Positions 7,632 to 15,497 of a DNA stretch of 20,540 bases are shown here, in pieces (the first letter of the stretch is position 1; each line of letters starts with the position of its first letter). Made by a program: the position numbers and the translations under genes. Source of the DNA: Promethearchaeota archaeon (GTDB taxonomy: Archaea; Asgardarchaeota; Heimdallarchaeia; Hodarchaeales; Hodarchaeaceae). Where the stretch lies: the NCBI GenBank assembly GCA_048939725.1, contig JBHLPG010000050.1, positions 1-20,540 of the forward strand, in the 5' to 3' direction. A model generated the notes under the pieces. It ran no database searches. It was not told where the DNA came from and saw only the letters and a list, made by a program, of their open reading frames with translations.

Positions 7632-7982
7632 TCAGCTTCTGGAGTATAAACCTAATTCATTTCCAAAACAATCTTTGAATTGAGCTGAAAAGCCAACTCC
7701 AGGAGCAATTTCATATTTTTCCCTAACAATTTCTCCTCCAGCGCTTTCAATCTCCTTAAGCTTCTTTTCTATGTTCTCCACTTCAAAGACGACATTAATC
7801 CCGTGATCAGGGATTTTCTCCACTAAATAGAATCCAATGCTTGCAGAATTTTTAATCTCAACAATACCATAGTTGTTAAATGATTCAAGATCAACATTCC
7901 ATTCGAAAAGGGTTTGATAAAACTCTTTTGCCTTTTTCAAATCAAGAACAGGAATTTCCACATGATTTACAGTAGTTACCAT
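7632..7982 (-). CDS. VOC / glyoxalase-bleomycin-resistance family protein
   Basis: 116 aa. N-terminal VNHVEIPVLDLKKAKEFYQTLFEW is typical of the VOC beta-alpha-beta-beta-beta module. Confidence 0.8.
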   Translation of the reverse strand: MVTTVNHVEIPVLDLKKAKEFYQTLFEWNVDLESFNNYGIVEIKNSASIGFYLVEKIPDHGINVVFEVENIEKKLKEIESAGGEIVREKYEIAPGVGFSAQFKDCFGNELGLYSRS

Positions 7983-8048
7983 AATTATTCACCAACAAAC
8001 GTCGAATTTTATAAGTTTAAATAGAATTAGTTACCAATTGGTAACTAT

Positions 8049-8435
8049 TTATTCAATCTGAAAGATCGATCTCGAGAGAGAGGTAAACTCCTCTTTTAAG
8101 AGATTCTCATTTTCAAAGAGTTCTTCTATATAAGTATCATAACTAAACAGAGCTAATTCATACAAGACCCTGTTTAAACGAAAACCTCTCTCAGTTAAAT
8201 GGTATTCAACAGTTAAATGATTTCCGTTTGTTGTTTTAGTAATAATCTTCTGTTTTTCTAAGTCTCTTAATCGTTGAGCTAAAACTTTGCTACTTAACTG
8301 AGGATTTTCCCTTAAAAAGTCTTTAAACCGAGTATTACCAAACATCATATCTCGAATAATTTCTATTGTCCATTTTTTCCCAATATATGAGAGAGCAACC
8401 TTAACAGGGCATTTCTTAAAAGGAATTGAGCTCAT
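8049..8435 (-). CDS. HxlR-family winged-helix transcriptional regulator
   Basis: CPVKVALSYIGKKWTIEIIRDM...FKDFLRENPQLSSKVLAQRLRDLEKQKII is the canonical HxlR pattern. It is the first gene of a same-strand triplet with the VOC and DinB genes. Confidence 0.85.
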   Translation of the reverse strand: MSSIPFKKCPVKVALSYIGKKWTIEIIRDMMFGNTRFKDFLRENPQLSSKVLAQRLRDLEKQKIITKTTNGNHLTVEYHLTERGFRLNRVLYELALFSYDTYIEELFENENLLKEEFTSLSRSIFQIE

Positions 8436-8535
8436 CAGAATTCCTCTGATTCAGAGTAATAAATTATAAATTTAAAATTAAGTCATTGAGTAAATCAAGT
8501 ATCTAAAATGTTAAGAAATAGCTCTGAAGGATTCC

Positions 8536-8616
8536 TCAAAAAGGTTTTTGAGCTGCTATACCCAACCAACTTGGAGGGTGACGTATTTTCCGAATTTGCG
8601 GATTTTCGTGGTGGAA
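8536..8616 (-). pseudogene. Relic 3' end (26 codons plus stop) of a paralog of the methyltransferase gene at 10329-10958
   Basis: Minus-strand frame reads FHHENPQIRKIRHPPSWLGIAAQKPF*, against the intact gene tail PFHVKEF...VKRIRHLPGWIGIAAKQPR*. In the core (agc...tat) 30 of 36 nt are identical. The frame is closed upstream by TAG. Confidence 0.5.
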
Positions 8617-8686
8617 GTTTAGCTATTTGTGGCTGGGATTAGAAACAATAAACTCAACCATAAGTAGCTAGAAAAGCGTATGGTTT

Positions 8687-10231
8687 TCAAGTACGACTTT
8701 TTCGTCTTCTAAGCCATATATGTCCAAATACTATAAATATTAGAGTGAAAGTTGGAAAATTCCACCCTGTAATATTGGGATAATTATCCTTCTTTGAAGT
8801 CAACGATAGTGAAGAAGATTTGATTGATGAAGAAGGGTTTGTTAATGATGAGCTCATAGATGTACTAGAGCTTAAAGGGACATCTTCTCCTAATGAGACT
8901 TGAATATTGTCCCAAAAATAATGACCTTGCTCAGTCGATGTCGCTCGATCTGATCCATCACCGAAACATATGTCAGTCCATGAAGAATGATAAGACTGTG
9001 AATTACTCGATGTAATATGTATTCCATTTATTTCCAAAGAAAAATGATCTGTATAAGTGTAAATATTAAAATTATACCATTTTTTGACTTCGAATGGGAA
9101 ATCATGCCATGTTTGTAGTTGTGGATAGTCAGGAGGTTGTTCATAAATCGTAAACCTTACTTTACTAACATTATATATTCTAATCTGAAATGGAAACAGA
9201 ACAGAGGAACTATCACTCCCTGTAATAACTGATATCGATCCAATTTGATGTTCTGGGATGAAAAAATCAACAGATGTCCTTATATATTCTTTTTCTTGCA
9301 ACTCGGGTAAGAAAATTTCTTGTTTGCAAACGCCTCTCTGAGTAAGGGTTGATCGAATTTCTACTGAAGGAGGAGGTGCCCCTAAAGTGTCGTTTCGAGT
9401 AATAACACCCGGATTTGTGATTATCCAATTATTTAATTCATTAAAGGAGTCCTCAAGAATGATGGTCTCATTTCCTGGTTCTTCTGGATAGGATTCATTA
9501 TATATTCCTAGAAATGCACCCTGACTTTCAGAGGATCTTGGTAACTCCTCAGTTATCAAAGGTTGAGAATAGCGGACAAACCTTGGACCATTATACGAGA
9601 TAGTGCTTTGATGAACAAACGAAACGGAAACTAACGTCATAGAGCTTGTTTGAAAGAAATCAAAAAAGGGGTCGAGTTCAATTCCCCACTGTTCCCAATA
9701 ATTTCCAAGTTCTATTGTTGGGTTGGCAAATTTCAGAACAGCGGGCGAAGAATTACTATAACCACTACTAGAATAAGCTTTTGCAATATAGATCCAATAA
9801 AATTCTTCAAGATCGGTTTTAATACCCACTCGCGCGCCAATATAGGTTGCATACTCGAGTTCACCGAAATCCATCCAATGAAACAACAAACCATGCCCAC
9901 GGGGTAAGTTAATTTCACAATCATGCTTTGTTAAATTAAACATCAACCACCCATTACCAATAAGCTCAAATGTAGATGCACCAAACATTTTAATGTCTGG
10001 ATTTATTGTATAACTAGTAAAATGACGTGTATTTGCCGCAAAGTTGTCAAGATTACTCCAATTCCCGATAAAATCAACAAGAAGCCGAGATTTCGAATCA
10101 TAATTGATAGAATCGGATGTATTGGTGATTTTAAGACGCGCTAGCTTACTATTTAATGGAATAGAACTACCTAGAAAAAATATTACAAAGCATATTTTGA
10201 AAAAAATAAAAAGCTTTTTTCCTTCTTTCAC
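8687..10231 (-). CDS. Secreted/surface-anchored protein of unknown family; possible glycoprotein
   Basis: N-terminal signal/TM KKLFIFFKICFVIFFLGSS. About nine N-x-S/T sequons by my count. C-terminal Ser-rich linker (SSSTSMSSSLTNPSSSIKSSSLSLTS), then hydrophobic FPTFTLIFIVFGHIWL and basic RRRKSRT. WYNFNIYTYTDHFSLEINGIHI weakly suggests a ConA/LamG-like sandwich. Confidence 0.65.
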   Translation of the reverse strand: MKEGKKLFIFFKICFVIFFLGSSIPLNSKLARLKITNTSDSINYDSKSRLLVDFIGNWSNLDNFAANTRHFTSYTINPDIKMFGASTFELIGNGWLMFNLTKHDCEINLPRGHGLLFHWMDFGELEYATYIGARVGIKTDLEEFYWIYIAKAYSSSGYSNSSPAVLKFANPTIELGNYWEQWGIELDPFFDFFQTSSMTLVSVSFVHQSTISYNGPRFVRYSQPLITEELPRSSESQGAFLGIYNESYPEEPGNETIILEDSFNELNNWIITNPGVITRNDTLGAPPPSVEIRSTLTQRGVCKQEIFLPELQEKEYIRTSVDFFIPEHQIGSISVITGSDSSSVLFPFQIRIYNVSKVRFTIYEQPPDYPQLQTWHDFPFEVKKWYNFNIYTYTDHFSLEINGIHITSSNSQSYHSSWTDICFGDGSDRATSTEQGHYFWDNIQVSLGEDVPLSSSTSMSSSLTNPSSSIKSSSLSLTSKKDNYPNITGWNFPTFTLIFIVFGHIWLRRRKSRT

Positions 10232-10328
10232 AGGAACCCCATCTAGTGAATATCCGATTTTTCCTATAAATAGCTATGCATCTCTTGAAAATATTTAAAT
10301 CATATTTATCATAAAGTTCCTATTTCTT

Positions 10329-10958
10329 TTATCGTGGCTGTTTAGCTGCAATGCCAATCCAACCTGGAAGGTGACGTATTCTTTTAACCAGTAAATTCCT
10401 TTGTTGAAAGATAGAGATAAATTCTTTGACATGAAAAGGTTTCTCATAACCAAATATCCACTGACCTGTTCTTTCCATATACCAACGACTTAAACGATAG
10501 AGAACATCTGATGTCGGAACCCAGCAGATAAGCCAACCTCCTGGAGCTACATGTTTTACATGGTTATGGAAGGCAATTTGTTGAGCTGAATGCTTGAAGT
10601 GTTCTAGTAACCCATGTGAATGGACGAAATCAAACTTTTGATTAAGTGATAATTCTAATACGTCTTGGTGGACTAATTTAGGTACGATGTTGGCTTGACG
10701 ATAGAGATTATTTGCTAAAGCTAGGGCAAATTTCGAATTATCTACTAAAGTTGGTTTTAGCTTGAATTTTTTTGAAAGACGAAGAGAATTCAACCCCGTA
10801 GAGGATCCTAACTCTAATAATGAACCTTGCGGTATTTCTAAGCCATGTAAGAGAATTCGATAATTACGCCAAACAGTGAAGAAATAATGAGCACGAATGA
10901 AAGCAGAAAAAGTACTCTTAGCATAAGCTTCCCAGTCTGCAGAAATGGCAGAAGGCAT
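10329..10958 (-). CDS. Class I SAM-dependent methyltransferase
   Basis: LLELGSSTGLNS (motif I variant), FDFVHSHGLLEHF, APGGWLICWVP. Confidence 0.8.
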   Translation of the reverse strand: MPSAISADWEAYAKSTFSAFIRAHYFFTVWRNYRILLHGLEIPQGSLLELGSSTGLNSLRLSKKFKLKPTLVDNSKFALALANNLYRQANIVPKLVHQDVLELSLNQKFDFVHSHGLLEHFKHSAQQIAFHNHVKHVAPGGWLICWVPTSDVLYRLSRWYMERTGQWIFGYEKPFHVKEFISIFQQRNLLVKRIRHLPGWIGIAAKQPR

Positions 10959-10987
10959 AATCTTTCACATTAAGAACCTTAGGGTCG

Positions 10988-12106
10988 TTAAGGAAATCGT
11001 GTTATATTCTGATATGCATTTTGGATTGCTTGCATGAGATCCGTTGCTGTTGTCCCTGGGCTTTCACAATCATGGCTGTTTAAGAAAGATTCAATGTAAG
11101 AAGCCAGAGGGGTTGTGTTTAAGTCAACATTACGGAGATGTTGTTCCAATTGAGGAAGGATAGAATCAGGATATATCCAGAAATCACCACTAATTAGAAT
11201 ATCCATAAGAATTGAGCCTTGAAATTCACAGATCACTTGGATTAACCCACCAATTGATTTGTGAGTTCCCTCTACAATGAAATTAGAAGCTTGGATCTTC
11301 ACTTTATGAATTAGGTTTTTTCCTCGATTAGTTACCTGGAATTTCCATTCATCAGCTAAATAGGTAGACCTTAGTTGCTGCATTAATTCAAGAGTTTTAG
11401 ACTCAAGAGTAGTAGGATTCAGGTGAACATTCAAGGTTGATTCAAATTCTTGGCAATATATCTCAATAATCTCATTCCGATCTGGAATGAAACCAAGTTC
11501 ATCCTGAAAAGAGGTAAGCCCAGCTTCTAATGATTTATAGACTTTATCACGGAACTTTTCATTCGGGACTCTTAGTATCTTTGTCATCTCTTTACGGGGA
11601 AAATCTAATATAAAATTACCAACCAAAACTTGCGCACTCTCAAGGAGTGCAGCTCCATTTCCTGATATTTTTCGCCCATTTACCAATATATCATTGACGG
11701 GTTGATATTTGGCATCTACACTAAAATGACGATAAGTATTTACAACTGGCTCAAGAAGTTTCGAGAATAAGGCTGAAACTTGCCGTGGAACAATTTTTGA
11801 ATCAATGTGGGCTACAACATTATAAAAAAGTTGGTTAGAATCTAGTAAGACTGCTCCACCACCACAGGCTCTTCTAACGACAGGAATCTCTTTCGTTTCA
11901 CAATAATTCAGATCTACAACTTGATTGATGGATTGGTGGAGTCCACAACAGACAATTGGATCCTTTGGCCAATCAATAATTACCAAATCGCGTTTTTGAA
12001 TCCCTCTACTCCTTGCTAAACTAGCAGCGTGCCAAATCGTCTGAGTATTGATGCTTTCGTTCTCCCCAAAAACAATCAGATCCCATTCATTGGTTTTTAT
12101 GGGCAT
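10988..12106 (-). CDS. lplA: Lipoate-protein ligase A family protein (catalytic plus C-terminal domain)
   Basis: RRACGGGAVLLDSNQLFYNV and NDILVNGRKISGNGA (lipoyl-AMP lysine motif). C-terminal GGLIQVICEFQGSILMDILISGDFW matches the LplA accessory domain pattern. Confidence 0.8.
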   Translation of the reverse strand: MPIKTNEWDLIVFGENESINTQTIWHAASLARSRGIQKRDLVIIDWPKDPIVCCGLHQSINQVVDLNYCETKEIPVVRRACGGGAVLLDSNQLFYNVVAHIDSKIVPRQVSALFSKLLEPVVNTYRHFSVDAKYQPVNDILVNGRKISGNGAALLESAQVLVGNFILDFPRKEMTKILRVPNEKFRDKVYKSLEAGLTSFQDELGFIPDRNEIIEIYCQEFESTLNVHLNPTTLESKTLELMQQLRSTYLADEWKFQVTNRGKNLIHKVKIQASNFIVEGTHKSIGGLIQVICEFQGSILMDILISGDFWIYPDSILPQLEQHLRNVDLNTTPLASYIESFLNSHDCESPGTTATDLMQAIQNAYQNITRFP

Positions 12107-12405
12107 ATTCCATCACTTGATGAAGAAAAACAAAATTTAATATTTTTTTCTAGCGAAATAAGTAATATTAAAACCAAAAGAATTTCTAAGGCTGTTACGG
12201 ATTCCCAGACTGATACACGACCGTGTTGGAAGAGTGAATTGTTCCATCTCAGCTAAAATGCTTTTTATTCAATTTTCATCTAAAATTTTATGTTAATAAT
12301 TATATCAGATTGATTTCTTAGGTGCTTTTAAGGAAATATCTAAATTTCTTCTTGGTCAATAGTAACACCTCTATATCTTCAAAGAACGATCAAAAGTGAT
12401 GCTGC

Positions 12406-13625
12406 TTGACCGAACAGATGAGAGTTATCAGAACAGAACAGATATGGTTAAAACCGAATAAATACTTCTCTTGGCTTTGTCATTTATCAAAGAACCTCTA
12501 CAACGAAGGAAATTATCTAATCCGTCAAGAATTTTTTAATAATGGTAAATGGATTCGGTATAATTCCCTGTATCACCTTCTAAAAACTTCAGAAAATTAT
12601 CACTTACTTCCAGCTCAAACAGCTCAACAAGTGTTGAAAATCCTTGATAGGAGTTGGAAAGCCTTTTTTGGAGCGATTAAAGAGTGGAAGAAGGATAAAT
12701 CAAAGTTTCAAGGGAGGCCAAAACCTCCTAGATACAAACCGAAGAATGGAGAGGTTATACTGGTTTTTACGAATCAACAGGTGAAAATAAAAGATAATAT
12801 CCTGCTATTTCCTAAAAAAGTAAGTTTCCAGCTAAAAACTAGACTTCCTGACAGAACCGACATCAGAGAAGTACGAATTATTCCAAAGGGGGTGGGTTAT
12901 ATAGTAGAAATTATCTATGAAAAAATAATTTATCCTAAACCTTTGAATAAAGATAACATTGTAGCTATTGATTTGGGGGTTCGCAATCTCATAACTATGG
13001 TCAATAACAATGGTTTGAAACCGTTTGTTATTAAAGGTGGAATTGTTAAATCCATTAATCAATATTATAACAAAGAAAGAGCACGAATTCAATCAACCTA
13101 TAACCGTCAGGGAATAAAAACAGGGAGATCAATGCAAAAATTAACCAATAAACGGAATAAGAAGATATACGACTATTTCCATAAAACTAGCAGAAAAATT
13201 ATAGAGTACTGTGTGATGAACGGCATTGGAACAATTGTGATCGGGTACAATTCTAATTGGAAGCAAAAGTGTCGAATTGGAAAAAGGAATACTCAAAATT
13301 TTGTCACCACTCCATACTACAAGTTAATTCAGCAATTAGACTACAAGGCCACAGAGCAGGGAATTTCAGTCTTTAAACAAAAAGAAAATTATTCAAGTAA
13401 ATGTTCTTTTTTGGATAATGAATCAATCGAATACCATAGTAAATATCTAGGCTGACGAATGACTAGAGGACTCTTCAAATCTCAAAAAGGCACTGTTATT
13501 AATGCTGATGTGAACGGTGCCTATAATATTATGAAAAAAGGTTCCTGAACGCAATTAATGCTGACAGGATAGAGGATGTAGGGTTACATCCCACACGATG
13601 GAGACTAGCAGCGGTGACGGGCTAG
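12406..13625 (+). pseudogene. tnpB: IS200/IS605-family TnpB (OrfB) RNA-guided endonuclease gene, disrupted by an in-frame TGA and a 1-nt frameshift
   Basis: RuvC-I VAIDLGVRNL, RuvC-II region KENYSSKCSFLD, then YLG-TGA(13453-13455)-RMTRGLFKSQKGTVINADVNGAYNIMKK (RuvC-III Asp lies after the stop). At the A6 tract 13534-13539 the frame shifts by -1 to RFLNAINADRIEDVGLHPTRWRLAAVTG*, stop 13623-13625. The likely true start is ATG 12418 rather than TTG 12406. Confidence 0.85.
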
Positions 13626-13671
13626 TTGATGACCTCATGTGAAAAAAACTGAATATATTTTTATCAGTTTT
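13560..13671 (+). ncRNA. Candidate omega-RNA (reRNA) scaffold of the TnpB element
   Basis: Locally GC-enriched segment overlapping the tnpB 3' end, with three hairpins: ggatgta-gggt-tacatcc (13574-13591), ctagc-N11-gctag (13605-13625), aaaactga-N11-tcagtttt (13645-13671). The position matches where TnpB omega-RNAs are encoded. Confidence 0.3.
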
Positions 13672-13744
13672 AATAACCTCTCATTATTAAAATAACGCAA
13701 GGAAAACGACATCTTCAGTTTTCCTCAGCCAAGGTGATGATTTA

Positions 13745-14677
13745 TTGAGTTCTCCAAGAATAGTTTTTTTGTCAGGGGGTACTGGGACACCAAAATTACT
13801 TCGAGGCGTTGTTAATGTAATTGATGCTCGAAATATTACAGTTATTGGAAATACTGGAGATGATTGGCATTTCTATGGATTACACGTATCGCCTGACATC
13901 GATAGTATCTTATTGACATTATCAGATCTCATAGATACCGATAAATGGTGGGGGATAAAAGATGACACATTCAATTTAGTAGATTTTCTAAAAAGACACT
14001 TAAAGCAAGATGTATGGTTCAATCTAGGGGATTTTGACGCAGGGTTGTGCCTATATAGAACTCATTTGTTGAACCTAGGAAAGAGTCTTACTGAGTCTGT
14101 AGAAACAATCCGAAGACGTTTGAACGTCAGCTCTCGCGTATTACCAATGGCCGATCAACCTATTCAAACAAAAATTCGAACTCCCGAACAAACACTGCAT
14201 TTACAGGAGTTTTGGGTAAAATATAAGGGGGAAGGACCGGTTTCAAATGTTTTTTTTGAAGGAGATTTGAGAAAAACCACTGATCAGGTTCTAGAAGCCA
14301 TTCAAAATGCTGATGTTATTATTATAGGCCCTAGTAATCCAATTTCATCAGTGGGCCCCATTTTAGCTCTTCATCCCCTGAGAAAAGCATTACAGAAGGC
14401 TTCTGGATATCGTATAGCAATTAGTCCAATAATTGGTAAAAATGCAGTTTCAGGTCCAACTTCAGCATTTTTAAAAGCATGGGGACATGAGGTTTCTCCT
14501 GTAGCGATTGTGGAATTATTTCATGATGTTCTAGATGCATTTATGATTCATAAAACCGATCAGAATTATTTTGATCTCATCCAAAGAATGGGAATCACTC
14601 CGATATTAGAAGATATTTACATTCATACAAAAGCTGACGCGTCGAGATTGTTTGAGCGAATAATGGATAGTAAATGA
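13745..14677 (+). CDS. cofD: 2-phospho-L-lactate transferase (LPPG:FO transferase) CofD
   Basis: FLSGGTGTPKLLRG, VSPDIDSIL, IIIGPSNPISSVGPIL, SPIIGKNAVSGP closely parallel Methanocaldococcus CofD as I recall it. TTG 13745 has AGGTGAT 6 nt upstream. No in-frame ATG or GTG back to TAA 13688-13690. Confidence 0.9.
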   Translation: MSSPRIVFLSGGTGTPKLLRGVVNVIDARNITVIGNTGDDWHFYGLHVSPDIDSILLTLSDLIDTDKWWGIKDDTFNLVDFLKRHLKQDVWFNLGDFDAGLCLYRTHLLNLGKSLTESVETIRRRLNVSSRVLPMADQPIQTKIRTPEQTLHLQEFWVKYKGEGPVSNVFFEGDLRKTTDQVLEAIQNADVIIIGPSNPISSVGPILALHPLRKALQKASGYRIAISPIIGKNAVSGPTSAFLKAWGHEVSPVAIVELFHDVLDAFMIHKTDQNYFDLIQRMGITPILEDIYIHTKADASRLFERIMDSK

Positions 14678-15433
14678 ATGTCCAGTTCCAGAAACCCTAG
14701 TATTTTAGCCGCAATGGCTGGCATAACTAATGGAGATTTCGCGAAACAGTGTTTATTCAAGGGAGGAGCTGGCATGGTTACTATTGGAGGGTATCCTATT
14801 GGAAGAGATATGATTACTGCTTCGTCTAAAATCGCTCAAAGAGGTCGAAAGGAATTTATCCTTCATTTTGGAAAAGAACATGATGAAATATTAAAAGAAA
14901 CCCATGGTATTCAAGATTTGTCGCGGTTTATAGTTAATTTAAGGATTAAAAGTTCAAAAGAAGCAAAGAGATTTGCACAGAATTTTCAAGATTTGATTTC
15001 AGAAGAACCGATAATTGAGATAAACGCTCACTGTCGTCAACCTGAAGTTACTAAATTGGGAGGTGGCCAAGGTCTTTTACAGCGGTGTGATGTTCTTACA
15101 GAAATTATACAAGCATTTCAATTTAGAAACTTCAAGATTTCTCTAAAATTTCGTGGAAATGCGATTGATCCGAATATTCTTGTCCCTAAAGTTGAAAAAT
15201 GGCAGGTTGATTTTCTACATATCGATTCATATAAGAATGGAATTATGGGAACAGATTTAGAGTCACTAGAATTATATGCAGCGAAAACTAACATACCAAT
15301 CATTGGAAATAATTCAGTAGTGGATTTCAAAAGTGCTCAAGCCATTTTAAACACTGGAGCGGACTATTTTTCTGTGGCTCGAGCTGCAAGAAACAATTCA
15401 AACATCTTCAAAACGATATTGAAACATTTTTAG
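14678..15433 (+). CDS. DUS/NifR3-related archaeal FMN-type TIM-barrel protein, function unassigned
   Basis: 251 aa. LAAMAGITNGDFA, INAHCRQPEVTKLGGGQGLL, ISLKFRG, FLHIDS parallel dihydrouridine-synthase motifs (APMxGxTD, NxGCP, KxR, H). ATG immediately follows the cofD stop. Confidence 0.65.
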   Translation: MSSSRNPSILAAMAGITNGDFAKQCLFKGGAGMVTIGGYPIGRDMITASSKIAQRGRKEFILHFGKEHDEILKETHGIQDLSRFIVNLRIKSSKEAKRFAQNFQDLISEEPIIEINAHCRQPEVTKLGGGQGLLQRCDVLTEIIQAFQFRNFKISLKFRGNAIDPNILVPKVEKWQVDFLHIDSYKNGIMGTDLESLELYAAKTNIPIIGNNSVVDFKSAQAILNTGADYFSVARAARNNSNIFKTILKHF

Positions 15434-15497
15434 AAAAATTAAACTTTCGAATTTTTGACCTAATGAAGGTGTTAAACCCCTGGAAATCCCGAAACCT

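Larger units (their letters stand above)
12406..13671 (+). mobile_element. TnpB-only (IS1341-like) insertion sequence remnant; minimal extent, true ends not determinable
   Basis: tnpB with no adjacent Y1 transposase (tnpA). Hairpins at and beyond the 3' end of the ORF. No second copy in the window to define left and right ends. Confidence 0.5.

Noticed and set aside
8508-8642. 44-aa plus-strand ORF in the hxlR upstream spacer
   Set aside because: It is antisense to the methyltransferase 3' relic. That relic explains the open frame better, and the ORF has no RBS or motif.
9650-10298. Tracked ORFs 9650-9907(+), 9733-9924(-), 10104-10298(+)
   Set aside because: They overlap the 514-aa surface-protein gene in other frames or on the other strand. 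They have no motifs, and the long ORF with signal peptide and anchor is the coherent reading.
12029-12256. Tracked 75-aa plus ORF, and a 36-aa minus ORF (12137-12247) upstream of lplA
   Set aside because: The first is antisense to the lplA 5' end. The second is short and has no RBS or recognisable pattern. The slightly GC-richer patch at 12181-12260 may instead relate to the IS left end, which I cannot define.
12832-13092. Tracked 86-aa minus-strand ORF
   Set aside because: It is a shadow ORF inside tnpB.
13453-13455. In-frame TGA in tnpB as selenocysteine or programmed readthrough
   Set aside because: The position aligns with a conserved Lys/Arg, not Cys/Sec. I noticed no SECIS-like context, and a second lesion (the frameshift) follows 80 nt later. 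A nonsense mutation is the parsimonious reading.
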